From: the human T2T-CHM13v2.0 reference genome, Homo sapiens
Length of the DNA stretch: 64,000 nucleotides
Direction: 5' to 3' (one strand)
Assembly (NCBI RefSeq): GCF_009914755.1
Contig: NC_060940.1
The notes under the pieces are model-generated. The model was given only the letters and a program-made list of their open reading frames with translations. It ran no database searches and was not told the origin of the DNA. The position numbers were made by a program, and so were the translations under genes. Each line of letters opens with the position of its first letter. Position 1 is the stretch's first letter. Of this stretch, positions 52,255-64,000 are shown one piece after another.

Positions 52255-55200
52255 AAAAGCATTAGCTTCTAATTGACCTCATGATGTTCAAGAATCTGAG
52301 CAGGTGGTCGAAGGGTGGTGGAGAGGATAGGAAGGCAGTGCTGAGCGGGCAGGGTTCTGGATCCTTCTTGTCCATCTGTCTCTGAGCTTTTGCTTATATC
52401 TGAGAGGGATAGAGGGAGGGAAAGAGAGAAAGAAGGGATAGAGGGAGAGAGGAAGGGAGAAAACAGACAATCGACATCACATGCTACACTACTAACTCAT
52501 TCAAAAATAGCATTGTGCCATTGCTATTTCCCATGTATGTCATTAGATATTCCATGAAAACTTGATTTCTAATCGTTATATAATATTCAAATGTGTTAAT
52601 AGGTTACCCTCTGCTTAACCATTTCCCTGTTTTAGACATGTGTGTTGCTTCTGATACTTCATCATTCATTCATTTATCAAATATTTATCAGCAATGATGA
52701 TTCTCCAGACATTAACATAAGTAAGTAGGGTGTGGATTTTCTTATATATAAATTTTTGACATGCCTGCATATATGTGCTTCCATAACTATATAGAATTTG
52801 GTATTTTTGCTCTTGCTGCTAATTGCTGGACTTCTTTAGTGAAAGATTACCTGTTCTGGAAAGCCTGCTAATTTAGATGGTAGGTTGGATTGAAATCTGT
52901 GCAAATGATGAGCTTATCTGTTTCGGGGAACATAATTGGAGTTCTGGACACACTCTCTCCCAGGATTATAGGTATGAGATTAATAGGCATTGTTTTGATG
53001 GCATATGCCACAAGCATCAAAATATCCACTTTGTGACCTTCAGGCTTAAAGGGATCATCTTGAAGGTATAGCTTTACATGTTGCCTAGTTTAGAGGTAGA
53101 TGAGGCTGTAGATAATGTCCACTCCAACCTGTGCAGAAGGATCTGAGAGGCAGCCCCAGGGGTTGCTGTAAGACTTGGTGTTGCTGACTCCCCTTAGAAG
53201 TAATCTCCAAACACCACCACCACCACCACGAAGTGTGTCATCATATAAACTGAAGATAGCTGAGATTACACACTGCCTAAATTTCACTCAGAAAAACATG
53301 ATAGAGATCATTTCTGATTGAAAAGGCAATAAAGAAACTCCTAAACATACCTCTTTGTCCATAAATGGAAACCAGACAAATCAGGCTTGTAGATTTAAAG
53401 AGACCCTGCAAGGTGGCGATTCTGAAATACCCCTTGGAAGGACCATGCCAAGTCTGAAGTGAAGCTGCAGAGTGAAGCAGTATCCAGAGACTGAGCTATT
53501 TCTGGCTGCAGACTTTGTGTCATGAAATGGTGATAATTTCCCCACGCCCCATAATGTTCCTCTCCTTCCTGATGGCTCTATAAGTTTGAGTGATGTCAGT
53601 CTGTTTGGAGGCAGCTAGGTTTGCTTGTGTCTTAGGACAGATGTCCAGAAAAAACAAGGCTAGACCCTGAAGAGCCTGGACATCCATTAGAATGACAAAA
53701 GACTCTGTGGATACAAAATACCATTAGTTTTTCTTCCTTCCTCTATATTCTCTCTTTTTATCTCCTTCCCTGATAGCAAGCAAAGGGTAGGGAAATCTAA
53801 GTAGGAGGCTTCTATCCTTGACTGATTTTTTTTTAAATTTTTCTGCCTCCTAGGGGATCACTTAATTCATTTTATGCCTCTGGAAGAGACCAGAATTTCC
53901 TCACTCCTCCAAATTCCTGGGCAGGTTACCTCTCCCAACCTCAGTTCATCATTATTCTGCACTGAGTTATGTAATGATTTGATCGTGTTGAGGAGTAATT
54001 CACCTTTGTTCCCACCTACGTTAAGACTGATTACAAATCCTCATAAAATACTGATTATGCTACCAAAAATGTTCTTAAGGATAGTCTGTTAGGAAGGAGG
54101 TAATGCTGCTGCTCAGAAGTGTGGGCTTCTGTCTAATTATGTGTAAATTATCTGAGTGGAATCTCAAATGTTTAGTGATAAACAGTTTGATGCGTCCCAG
54201 CAAAGTATCTAGTTTGTGAGGCAATATAATCAAAAGCAGCTTATGTGCAGCAAATCGTAGATGGTATAACTTTGCGTCTTTTTCAAGTTATTTTTACAGA
54301 AAGAAATGAGAATTTGTCTGCAGCCCTTTAAGAATAGCAAACGTTGTATTTTGCATTTTTTAAAGAAAGATAATTGATCCTTTGACTATACTGCTGTTCT
54401 GTTCTCAGAAGAAACATTAAAAAGTTGGATTTCTTAAGAAATGCAATTAACCGACTTTTATTTAATGATTTTTTTTCACGTTATTCATCCTGGAGGAATG
54501 GTTTCTGTTGGTTATTATCAAAGATGAGGATGGATTTTCAGAAGCAAAATATCATGATATTCTACTGCAATGCATCTGTGGTTACTCAGGGAAGATCCAA
54601 TGTGGTTTGTATGTAGATATCTCCTTCTTTAGAAAACCTTTCCTGAATTGCCTACCTCCATCTCCCACCCATCTCCAGCTGGAATGTTGTACATTCTCTG
54701 TGCCACCAGAAGAAAGCTATTCTAATAATCAAAGCGAATAGGACACCATTTAATTGGGATGAAGCCACAATTGTTAGTGTAGCTAGTGGTAATTGAACCT
54801 AGATGTTCATAATCTAGGATCCTAAACTAGATGTTCTGATAATCTAGATCTTCATAAAATACAGGTATTTAAGTCTGAAAGCTCATTATTTCTTAGTCTC
54901 AGTGGTAGGGTTCCTTAAAGGCCCAAGAAGCTTGAGAGAAGTCTACCAGGGCGGATACCCATCGAAAAATCAAAGCCAAGGACTTCTATAGGCACAGAAT
55001 GGTCAAGATATTTATTCAGCATAGCATGAGGAAGTTTAGTCCAGTATAGAAAACAGGAATATCAGTTAAAATGAAATTAGCATATTAGTTAACATAAGAA
55101 TTCCCACGTCAGTGTTTGAGAACACTTTGCAGCTCTTCTAGAGACATTCTTATTACAGAAGAAGATGACTAACTCAGAAGAAAAAGGGTATGAAAGTCTA

Positions 55201-56691
55201 GTAGGAGAAAATGATTAGCAAAAAAAAAAAAAGGTACTAAGACATTAATATTTTATTGAAAAGAGGCAAGAATTCTGTCAGTTCCTTATTGGTGGTCAAT
55301 GCAGAATAATGCTAGCATTGCCTATCATTCAGTTGATTCCGTAGGCGGCTAAATTGGTTGCTTAATGAATCCATAGTGGTATTTGGCTCCGCTTGGTTTC
55401 CAAAATTGTAAGGTAAATTCTGTGCACGTGGTTTTAAGTTGGAAATGGTTGATATGGTTATACTTGGTGTATGCATTCAACAAATTAACCAGTTGCAAAT
55501 GTGTGCCTATTCACAAACCCCTTGATTGAATTGCAAGTATACCAGCTAATTAGACATGTGTTCCGTAATGCTTAAAGAGAGATCAAACCTCCTTCAGTGT
55601 CTCTAGATGGTGAAGTCTTAAATTTACCCAAGATCAAAATATCTACATAAAGATTCCTATGTATATCTGACATGTGCAAGCCAGAGGGTGTTGGACATTT
55701 TGAAGGCCAACCATTTAGATGATTGACTAAATATATTTACTTTCATCATACAGATCTGTCCAATATTACCAGCATACCTTTTAAGAAAGTGTATTCATCC
55801 TTTTAGAGTTCATTAAAATTTATCATGACTGTCTGTGGGATGCATTTATTTCATATTGACTTCTGTTTGTATCCTTTCCTATCCTACATTCTCTATAACC
55901 AGTCTTTTTGCAAGTCTGCAATTCATATCAAAAAGTCTGAAGGAATTTTATTTTTATTTCCTTTTCAGTGAAAACATATTACAAATTGCCAACTCATGAT
56001 GTATTCAGTTTGAACTTAAAATATCATTTGTTTAAAAAATGCAATAAAACCTGATATGTACACTGATATTCATTCTGAAGATTAAAGCTGCCAATGAATT
56101 ATGGAGCTGGGCCAAGGCTGTCTTGTTCTCAGCCTAAATTTATCTTGTCGAAAGGGAATTATTCTGACCGGGGCTAGAGAGTGAAGATAGTTAAAATTTG
56201 ATTGTTCGATTGCTTTCTTCTGGCTTTTTTTTCCTTCTTAAAAAATATTTGATTATATTTCTCTTAAGAGCTGGATTTTAAAATCTAAAAACTGATGACG
56301 GATGGATAAAAAGTCCTATTTTATCTAATTCTAAAAGTGACGTAGGTTTCTGGAGACTCTTTTTTTTTTTTAATGTACATTTTCTCTTTCCTTTTCTTTC
56401 TTTCTTTTTTTTTTAAACATGGATCTTTGGCCATGGGGGACCCCATGCTGAGTGCCTACCCTCTCTGACTTACACAGAGGAAGCTTCAGTGTAATAGAAA
56501 TAAATGCTGCATTTTCTCTGTTTATAACATGTCACTTGGGCAAAGTGGTACAGTGTCTCTTTGGTAAAGCTGAAATGCGGATTTCTCAGAAATGTCTTGT
56601 TTTCAGTTAATGATATTTTCTGCTTTTCACCAGGTGGTCTCTTTGGGGCTTTGCTCTTGAATTCATTTCTCTGTGCGTAAGCCAGGCTTTC

Positions 56692-56930
56692 TGTTACTCG
56701 TTTATTCAGCCGGCATTTACTGAGTCCTCACCACACTCAGGCCTGAGCGCAGCGTCCAGGTTGCAGTGGCCACGGAAACCAGCCCTGTCCTATTGGTGCT
56801 TGCTGGCTTTGGGGTAAAGTGACAGGCTGATACTATATTATAGCCAGGGCCACGTTAGACATCAAAATAAAATGTTCTGGGAATAGAGAGGAGGGATGGC
56901 CTGGCATGGAGGTGAGCTGGGGGAATCAGG
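56692..56930 (-). mobile_element. Degraded L2 3' end
   Basis: TTTATTCAGCCGGCATTTACTGAG...TGGGAATAGAGAGGAGGG. Confidence 0.45.
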
Positions 56931-57934
56931 CTATCTATGGTCACATCATTCTATGAACTAGCAGACCAGGCATAATGGGCGACGTAAGCTCGCCCTGGTG
57001 TTGCCTGACCTGAATGAGTGCTTCTCTGGAAAGAGCTCATAGTTCCTCTTTCTCTTATGTGAAATCCCACAAGGAAAGGCAACTTCCAGAAATGGCCAAG
57101 CTTTCTATCCCTAAAGAGCCAGCCCTCAAGGACTCATGAAGGCTGAAAGGGAAATTGATCATTGGCTCATTATGGTCCTGATCAGGTATGACCTTTGAGA
57201 AACCAGTGGGCCTGGTAACAATAGGGCAGCCAAGTTGGCCATATCAGCAGATGTTGCATTTGCTGACTCCATGGCCAGCGCCACATCACCTGCTCTGAAG
57301 GTGTTTGGTTCCCGCTGCGATTGGATCTGTATTCAAAACAGATTGTGCCTGCTATGGAAAGAGAGCCAGCTTCTGAATCCTGGCTGAGTTTGACTTCGTT
57401 GACCACAGAGTCTTGGTTCTTTGCAAACGCAAAGGAAAACACGATGTACACCTTGACTAAATTCAGCTGTTTTCCTCATCCATTCAGCCTTGCCTTCATT
57501 GCAAAATGAGCAAGCTTGTGTTTCAGAGGGCTTAGGTCACTTCCCCAGCTTCACTTAGATCTGGGTGTTCTGCCTTCCAGAATAGAGTCCTTCTTCTCCC
57601 TCCATAGACCCTAAGACTATTAACAGTAGGTCATCCCCAACCTGTTGGTTAAGAAAGACATGCACAGTATCTGCACAATGTCCAAGGGATCCCCAGGATC
57701 ACCTCACCTTTGTCCAAAGAGAATAATAAGGTGTTGGTAGATAAGAGGGAGGCCCATGTGCCTCTGCCATTAGGTCCTGTGACAGGGAGTCCACATGGAG
57801 ATCATCATGTGATAAAGACCACTAGGGCTGTAGTCCAGGGACAAGCTTGAGTGACATCTCAGTGGGGCCGCTACCTTCGGAGAGCTCCGCACATAAGGAC
57901 AGAGTGGCTGGGGCAGTCAACTGGCATCCTAGAA

Positions 57935-58132
57935 CATATTTCTCAAGAGGGGCCCTGCTGACGTTTTGGACCAGATTGATAGTTCATTGATATGAGTTTT
58001 ATCCATTGTAGGATGTTTGGCAAAATCCCTGGCCTTTCCCCATGAGACACTAGTAACACCCTTTCCTCTGGGAGTCAAAACATTGTCCAGTATCCCCTGG
58101 GGTGCAAAATCACCCACTGCTTGAGAACCGCT
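57935..58132 (-). mobile_element. MER20
   Basis: CATTGTAGGATGTTTGGCAAAATCCCTGGCC...TCCCCTGGGGTGCAAAATCACCC...TTGAGAACCGCT. Confidence 0.85.
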
Positions 58133-58213
58133 ATCCTATGGCCATATTTGTACTCACTAAAGAAAGGGTACATAATGGCAGCTACTCTGGGCCTCTTGAA
58201 TCAATTGCATGTG

Positions 58214-58572
<359 letters not shown>

Positions 58573-59036
58573 CAATTGCATGTGTATTTAATGAGCTTCT
58601 GCTTGGGGGGTAGTTTAGCATACATTTGGAGGCAGATGGGCTGCTTCCCTTATTGTATGAGAGCCAGGTGACTTTGTGCAAAACACTTGCCTGCTTTGTA
58701 CTTTAGTCCTCTCTTCTATAAAACACAGATAGTTCTAACACTGTATATCTCTCCCAAGTTTGTAGTGAAAAAGGATTGCACACATACACACACAAAGAGA
58801 CCATTATGTAAGTGTTAACTACTATTCTTATTAGCATTGTCTGGGCACAATATCTGGTGTTGGAAGTCAGAGAAAATACACAGCATGTTCTTTTCTTCAT
58901 GGGGTTCTAGTCTAGATGAGAAGACAGTGTCCAGCCACTGAGAGCAATATGCAAATCAGTCATCATAAACTGAGTGACTGTTAGGAGAGAGTCTATTGAG
59001 GGAAACGTGGGTTATTTATAGTTTGCTTGAGTTTGA

Positions 59037-59432
<396 letters not shown>

Positions 59433-59829
59433 GACTAAAGCGATGTCTGAAAAGGGAGGACAGAATCCACCACTCACCGCCCCAAACCCATTTTCTTTGC
59501 AGCGTTTGCTCAGACTAACAGTCAGAGGAACAAGTAAATGGCATTTGCAAAGGGGATTTCATTTATTCCTGGATGCCACAGTTACTTGTTCACCCCCAAC
59601 TCATTGCAAGGCACAGGGTCTTAGGAATTCTTTAATTGTAAGGAACAGAAACTCACCCTGTATGAAGATATCTCATTATAAGAATCAAAAGATATTTCAC
59701 AAAACTCAGTTGCATGAAATATGGGGAAATACATGGATATTAGAAGTTATCAGGTGGATTTTCTGCTGCCTTTTGCTCTTGCACCCTCTCCCTGGAGCCT
59801 TCTGCTCTCTGTTCTCTGGTTGATTAAGC

Positions 59830-60464
59830 TTTTTTTTTTCCTGTTATCGTTCTTTTAAAAAATTTTTCCATAGGTTATTGGGGGAACAGGTGGTGTTTGA
59901 TTTCATAAGTTCTTCAGTGGTGATTTGTGAGATTTGGGTGCACCCATCACCTGAGCAGTATACACTGCACCCAGTTTGTAGGCTTTTACCCCTCACCTCC
60001 TTCCCACCCTTTCTCCCTGAGTCCCCAAAGTCCACTGTGTCATTCTTATGCCTTTGCATTCTCATAGCTTAGCTCCCACTTATGAGTGAGAACATATGAT
60101 GTTTGGTTTTCCATTCCTGAGTTACTTCACTTAGAATAATAGTCTCCAATCGCATCCAGGTTGCTGCAACTGCGATTAATTCATTACTTTTTTATGGTTG
60201 AGTAGTCCATCATGTGTGTGTGTTTGTGTATCTGTGTGTGTGTATCTCACAGTTTCTTCAATGCACTCATTGGTTTATGGATGGGTTGGTTCCACATTTT
60301 TGCAATTGTGAATTGTGCTGCTATAAATATGCATGTGCAGGTATCTTTTTTGTATAACGACTTTTTTTCCTCTGGGTAGATACCCAGTAGTGGGATTGTT
60401 GGATCAAATGGTAGTTCTACATTTAGGTCTTTAAGGAATCTCCACATGATTTTCCATAGTGGTG
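59830..60464 (-). mobile_element. L1PB-type 3' fragment
   Basis: CATAGGTTATTGGGGGAACAGGTGGTGTTTG...GGTGCACCCATCACCTGAGCAGTATACAC; ORF 60247-60474 resembles the L1 ORF2 C-terminus (ELPFDPTIPLLGIYP); TSD TTAAGC(T/A)TTTT. Confidence 0.92.
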
Positions 60465-61049
60465 GGTTAAGCATTTTGACTTTGTGTGCCTCTCTCTGCT
60501 TGTCTCTCTCTGTTCGTTCATCCCCTAGTGCTTGGTCCAGCTTTCAGTTTTCCATGGCCTTCCTCCCTGGTCCCCCAATCTGCCTCTGCAGTCTCTATAC
60601 TCCAATCCAGCATTCCTGACAGGGAGAAGATCTCATTGAACCAGCATGGATCAGTGTCCACCATGAGTTCCCACAGTTGGAAAGATTTAGGGGAGCTCAC
60701 TAGGTAGATGATGGTGCCTCTTCCGTGGTGGAAAGGAGTATGAATTTGCTAAGAAAATCGTATGGGTGGAGGAAATTGGTTGACACTTCCATAACACCTC
60801 CCCTCTGTGTTGGCCAGGGAAACACCCTTGACATTCTGTATCTCCATCCCCTAGATCGCCTCTCCCTAAACACCACTCAGCCTCACCGTCCTCAGAAGCT
60901 GTATCCTTACTCAGTTTTCTTTAATTGGCATCTTCTAAAATAAGACTCTCATATTGTTGCTTCTTAGGGTCACCCAGAGCTTGCCAGAAGTGAGAAAGGA
61001 TCTCTTCTGGACTTGATCTAGATCATGTCATCAGATCATTGCATCAAAG

Positions 61050-61930
61050 TCAGGTTTACTGAGGCATAATTTACACACGGTAAAATGTACTCATTTTAGC
61101 ACACAGTTCTTCAAGTTTCAATAAGTGCATACAGTGATGTAATAACCACCAGCGTCCGCATGATTTGGAGCATATTCGTCATTCCAAAAACTTGCCTAGG
61201 GCCTAGTTATAGTTAGTCCCCAGCTCTAGATCCTGGGAATTGGCAGTCTCTTTTCTGTCTCTACAGTGTTGGTGTCTCCAGAATGTCCTACAAATGGAAT
61301 CAGAAGTACGTAGCCTTTAGGCCTGACTATCTCTGTGTAATGGATTTGAGATTCATCCAGGTAGTTGCATCTATCAACAGTTCCTTCTTCCCTTTTATTG
61401 CTGAGTAGCATTCTGTGGTACAGATGCACTATAGTTTATTCACTAGTTGAAGGGCGGTTGTGTTGTTTCCAGTTTTTGCTGATTATGAAACAGTTGCTGT
61501 AAGCATTTATGTACAGGTAATTCTGTATAACAATTCTTAGTTCTCCTGGGTAAATTCCTAGGAGTGGTGTTGCTGGATTGAGAAGTATGTTTATGTTTAA
61601 CTTTATTCATTCATTTAAGATATAGACTCCTGCTCTGTATCCCAGGCTGTAGTACGGTGGCACTATCACAGCTCACTGCAGCCTTGAAATCTTGGGCACA
61701 AGCAGTCCTCCCACCTCAGCCTCCTGAGTAGCTGGGACCACAGGCACTCACCACCACGCCTGGTTAATTTTTTAACTTCTTGTAGAGATGAGGTCCTGCT
61801 ATATTGTCCAGATTGATCTCGATCTCCTGGCCTCAAGCAGTCCTCCCACCTTAGCCTCCCACAGTGCTAGGATGACAGGCATAAGCCACCACTCCTGGCC
61901 CTTTTTAACTTCATAAAGATGTTTTTTAAG
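61050..61930 (-). mobile_element. L1MB/MC-type fragment with an internal AluJ
   Basis: TTTACTGAGGCATAATTTACAC...TCCAGAATGTCCTACAAATGGAATCA...CCTAGGAGTGG. Confidence 0.8.
61601..61900 (-). mobile_element. AluJ
   Basis: CACAGCTCACTGCAGCCTTGAAATCTTGGGCACAAGCAGTCCTCCCACC. Confidence 0.92.
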
Positions 61931-62341
61931 AGAGGCAGAGGACAGAGTGGTAGTTTCGGTGTTTAATCCTGGATCTGATACTTCCTAGCTCTGCGACCTC
62001 ACGGTTTATCTGTGCCTTACTGGATTGCAGCAGAATTAATGGCAAAATAATAACTCTGCACAAGTTCAGGGCAGTCACTGGCTGAGTGTTAGAGCTTTAA
62101 GATGGCCCCTCATCTTTTGGCCACTGCCTTCTTGTACTGGATGTTCCTTCTTTATTGCCTGAGCATGCACACTCTTTCTTACATCCTTGCCACACACTGT
62201 TTCCTTTTCTGGAACATTTTCCCACCCACCTTTCTCCTCGCCAACGCCTCATCCCTCCGTTGCCCAATGGAATGCCGCCTCTTCAGAAAAGCCTTCCCTC
62301 ACCCTCAGTCTCAATCCAGCCCTTTGCTATCTATAGATTCC

Positions 62342-62377
<36 letters not shown>

Positions 62378-62439
62378 CAACCTGTTCTTATCCTTTATAG
62401 CATTTACCACAATGGGCCTCAGAAAATTAACTGTATAAT

Positions 62440-62648
62440 TTGATTTTTAATTGGAATTTTTATTGAGATAATTGCAGATTCACATGCAGCTGTAAGGAAT
62501 AATACAGAGAGTTCCAATGTACCCTTTACACAGTTTTCCCCAATGGTAACATTTGGCAAAATTAAAGTACAGTGATCACATCTAGGATATTGATGTTGGT
62601 ACAACCCAGTGATTTTATTCAAATTTCCCCAATGTTACTTGCATTAAT

Positions 62649-62679
<31 letters not shown>

Positions 62680-63200
62680 AGTGGTGGTAGTTTTATCTGG
62701 TTTTGTAGAATTTTACCGCACATGTAGGTCTGTGCATCCAACACCACAGTCAGGATAACAAACATTTCCATCACCACTGGATCCCTTCTGTTTTTCTTTT
62801 TACAACCACCCCCGCCCCCACTCCCAATTCCTAATTTCTGGCAAACACTAATTTTCTCTCTATTTATAAGCTTGGACATTTCAAGAAATGGACCCATATA
62901 GTACCTGACTTTTAGGCATTGACATTTTTTGATCAACGTAATTCCCTGGAGACTCATTGAAACTGCTGTGTGTATAAATAACTTATTCCTTTTCATTGCT
63001 GTGTAGTATTCCATGGTATGGATGTACCACAGTTTGTTTAACCATTCATCTATTGATGGACATCTGGACTAACTCCTGGATTTAGCTCTTATAAATAAAA
63101 CTGTTACAAATCTTCAAGTGCAGGGTTTTGTGTGAACACAAGATTCCATTTCTCTGAGATAAGGGCTCAAGAAAGAACATGCTGGGACATGATTTTTAAG
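62440..63200 (-). mobile_element. L1MC-type 3' fragment with an internal (TG)n
   Basis: GAGATAATTGCAGATTCACATGCAGCTGTAAGGAATAATACAGAGAG...TCCCCAATGGTAACAT. Confidence 0.85.
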
Positions 63201-63714
63201 AGAAACTGATTGATTTTTAAACTGAGTCTCTGCTGATAGACTTTTAGTTCCATCCGGGTAAGTAGACTGAGTTTTGTTTGTTTGTCTGCTTGTTTGTATC
63301 TTTAATCAGCATACTGGGAACACTGTACAATTCTTAGAACATAATTTACCACTCTATAAATATTTATAGATGATTTAAATAAGGAACGAATGAGTGAATG
63401 CATGAATACCACTGCTGGCATAGGGATTAAATGAAATAATTTATGTAAATCATGTTCAGAATGTCTAGCATGGAGTAAGCTCTAATAGGTAAACACTTGT
63501 AGCACAATCGCCATTGTAAGATATGATTTTGGTTGAAGGTGACATGAGGAAATTTCATATCCTTCCACCTTCAGCATCATACAAACATCACGTGGCTTTG
63601 CAGGATCCCAAGGGTCTAGGTTCTTGCCACTTTATTTCTTTAAATAAAAGCCTATCTTGTGAAAATGCTCAAAAGTGTCAGAGTGGGAATTTGGGTTTCA
63701 TACTTTGATACTTT

Positions 63715-63887
63715 CTTATTTTTTTTTTTTTTTTTTTGAGATGGAGTCTTGCTCTGTCACCTAGGCTGGAGTACAGTGATGCCATCTCAGCTCACTGCAG
63801 CCTCCCCTGCCAGGTTCAAGCAACTTTCCCTGCCTCAGCCTCCTGAATAGCTGGAATTTCAGGAGCACACCACCAGGACTGGCTAAT
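63715..63887 (-). mobile_element. Alu right monomer, interrupted at the linker by a second Alu
   Basis: polyT-GAGATGGAGTCTTGC...TGGCTAATTTT. Confidence 0.9.
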
Positions 63888-64000
63888 TTTTTTTTTTTTT
63901 TTTTTTTTTTTGAGACAGAGTCTTACTCTGTCACCCAGGATGGAGTGCAGTGGCGAGATCTCGGGTCACTGCAAGCTCCGCCTCCTGGGTACCCACCATT
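63887..64000 (-). mobile_element. AluY-like 3' end running off the window
   Basis: polyT-GAGACAGAGTC...GCAAGCTCCGCCTCC. Confidence 0.88.

Noticed and set aside
56730-57000. Short palindromes CTCAGGCCTGAG and GGGCGA-N7-TCGCCC (also TGATCTAGATCA near 61014)
   Set aside because: Six-bp arms are expected by chance several times in 64 kb
60247-60474. ORF with an ELPFDPTIPLLGIYP motif
   Set aside because: L1PB ORF2 remnant

Overview
Catarrhine primate (very likely human) non-coding genomic DNA, probably from within a large intron or an intergenic region. I cannot support any protein-coding exon, RNA gene or named gene. The long ORFs in the track come from stop-free purine/pyrimidine tracts or from Alu/L1 sequence. 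Much of the window is recognisable interspersed repeat: about 22 Alu copies or fragments (J, S and Y types), L1PA/PB/M 3' fragments, MIR and L2 fossils, MaLR solo LTRs (THE1, MST, MLT1) and DNA-transposon relics (MER5, MER20, MER33, MER58, MER103, Tigger3a). These are separated by several multi-kb repeat-poor blocks that may hold enhancers or small exons. I found no evidence for a new multi-gene biological system. The most notable items are: a permuted (A-B ... B-A) dispersed duplication that preserves an Alu empty site; a 585-nt uninterrupted purine run with an 18-bp VNTR; a deeply nested L2/MLT1/MST/Alu/Tigger stack; two old tandem duplications; a cluster of three GCCACGTG sites with NF-Y and octamer motifs; and a few candidate micro-exons, one with a consensus GC donor. 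Repeat subfamily calls and boundaries were made by eye from remembered consensus sequences and need RepeatMasker/Dfam confirmation.
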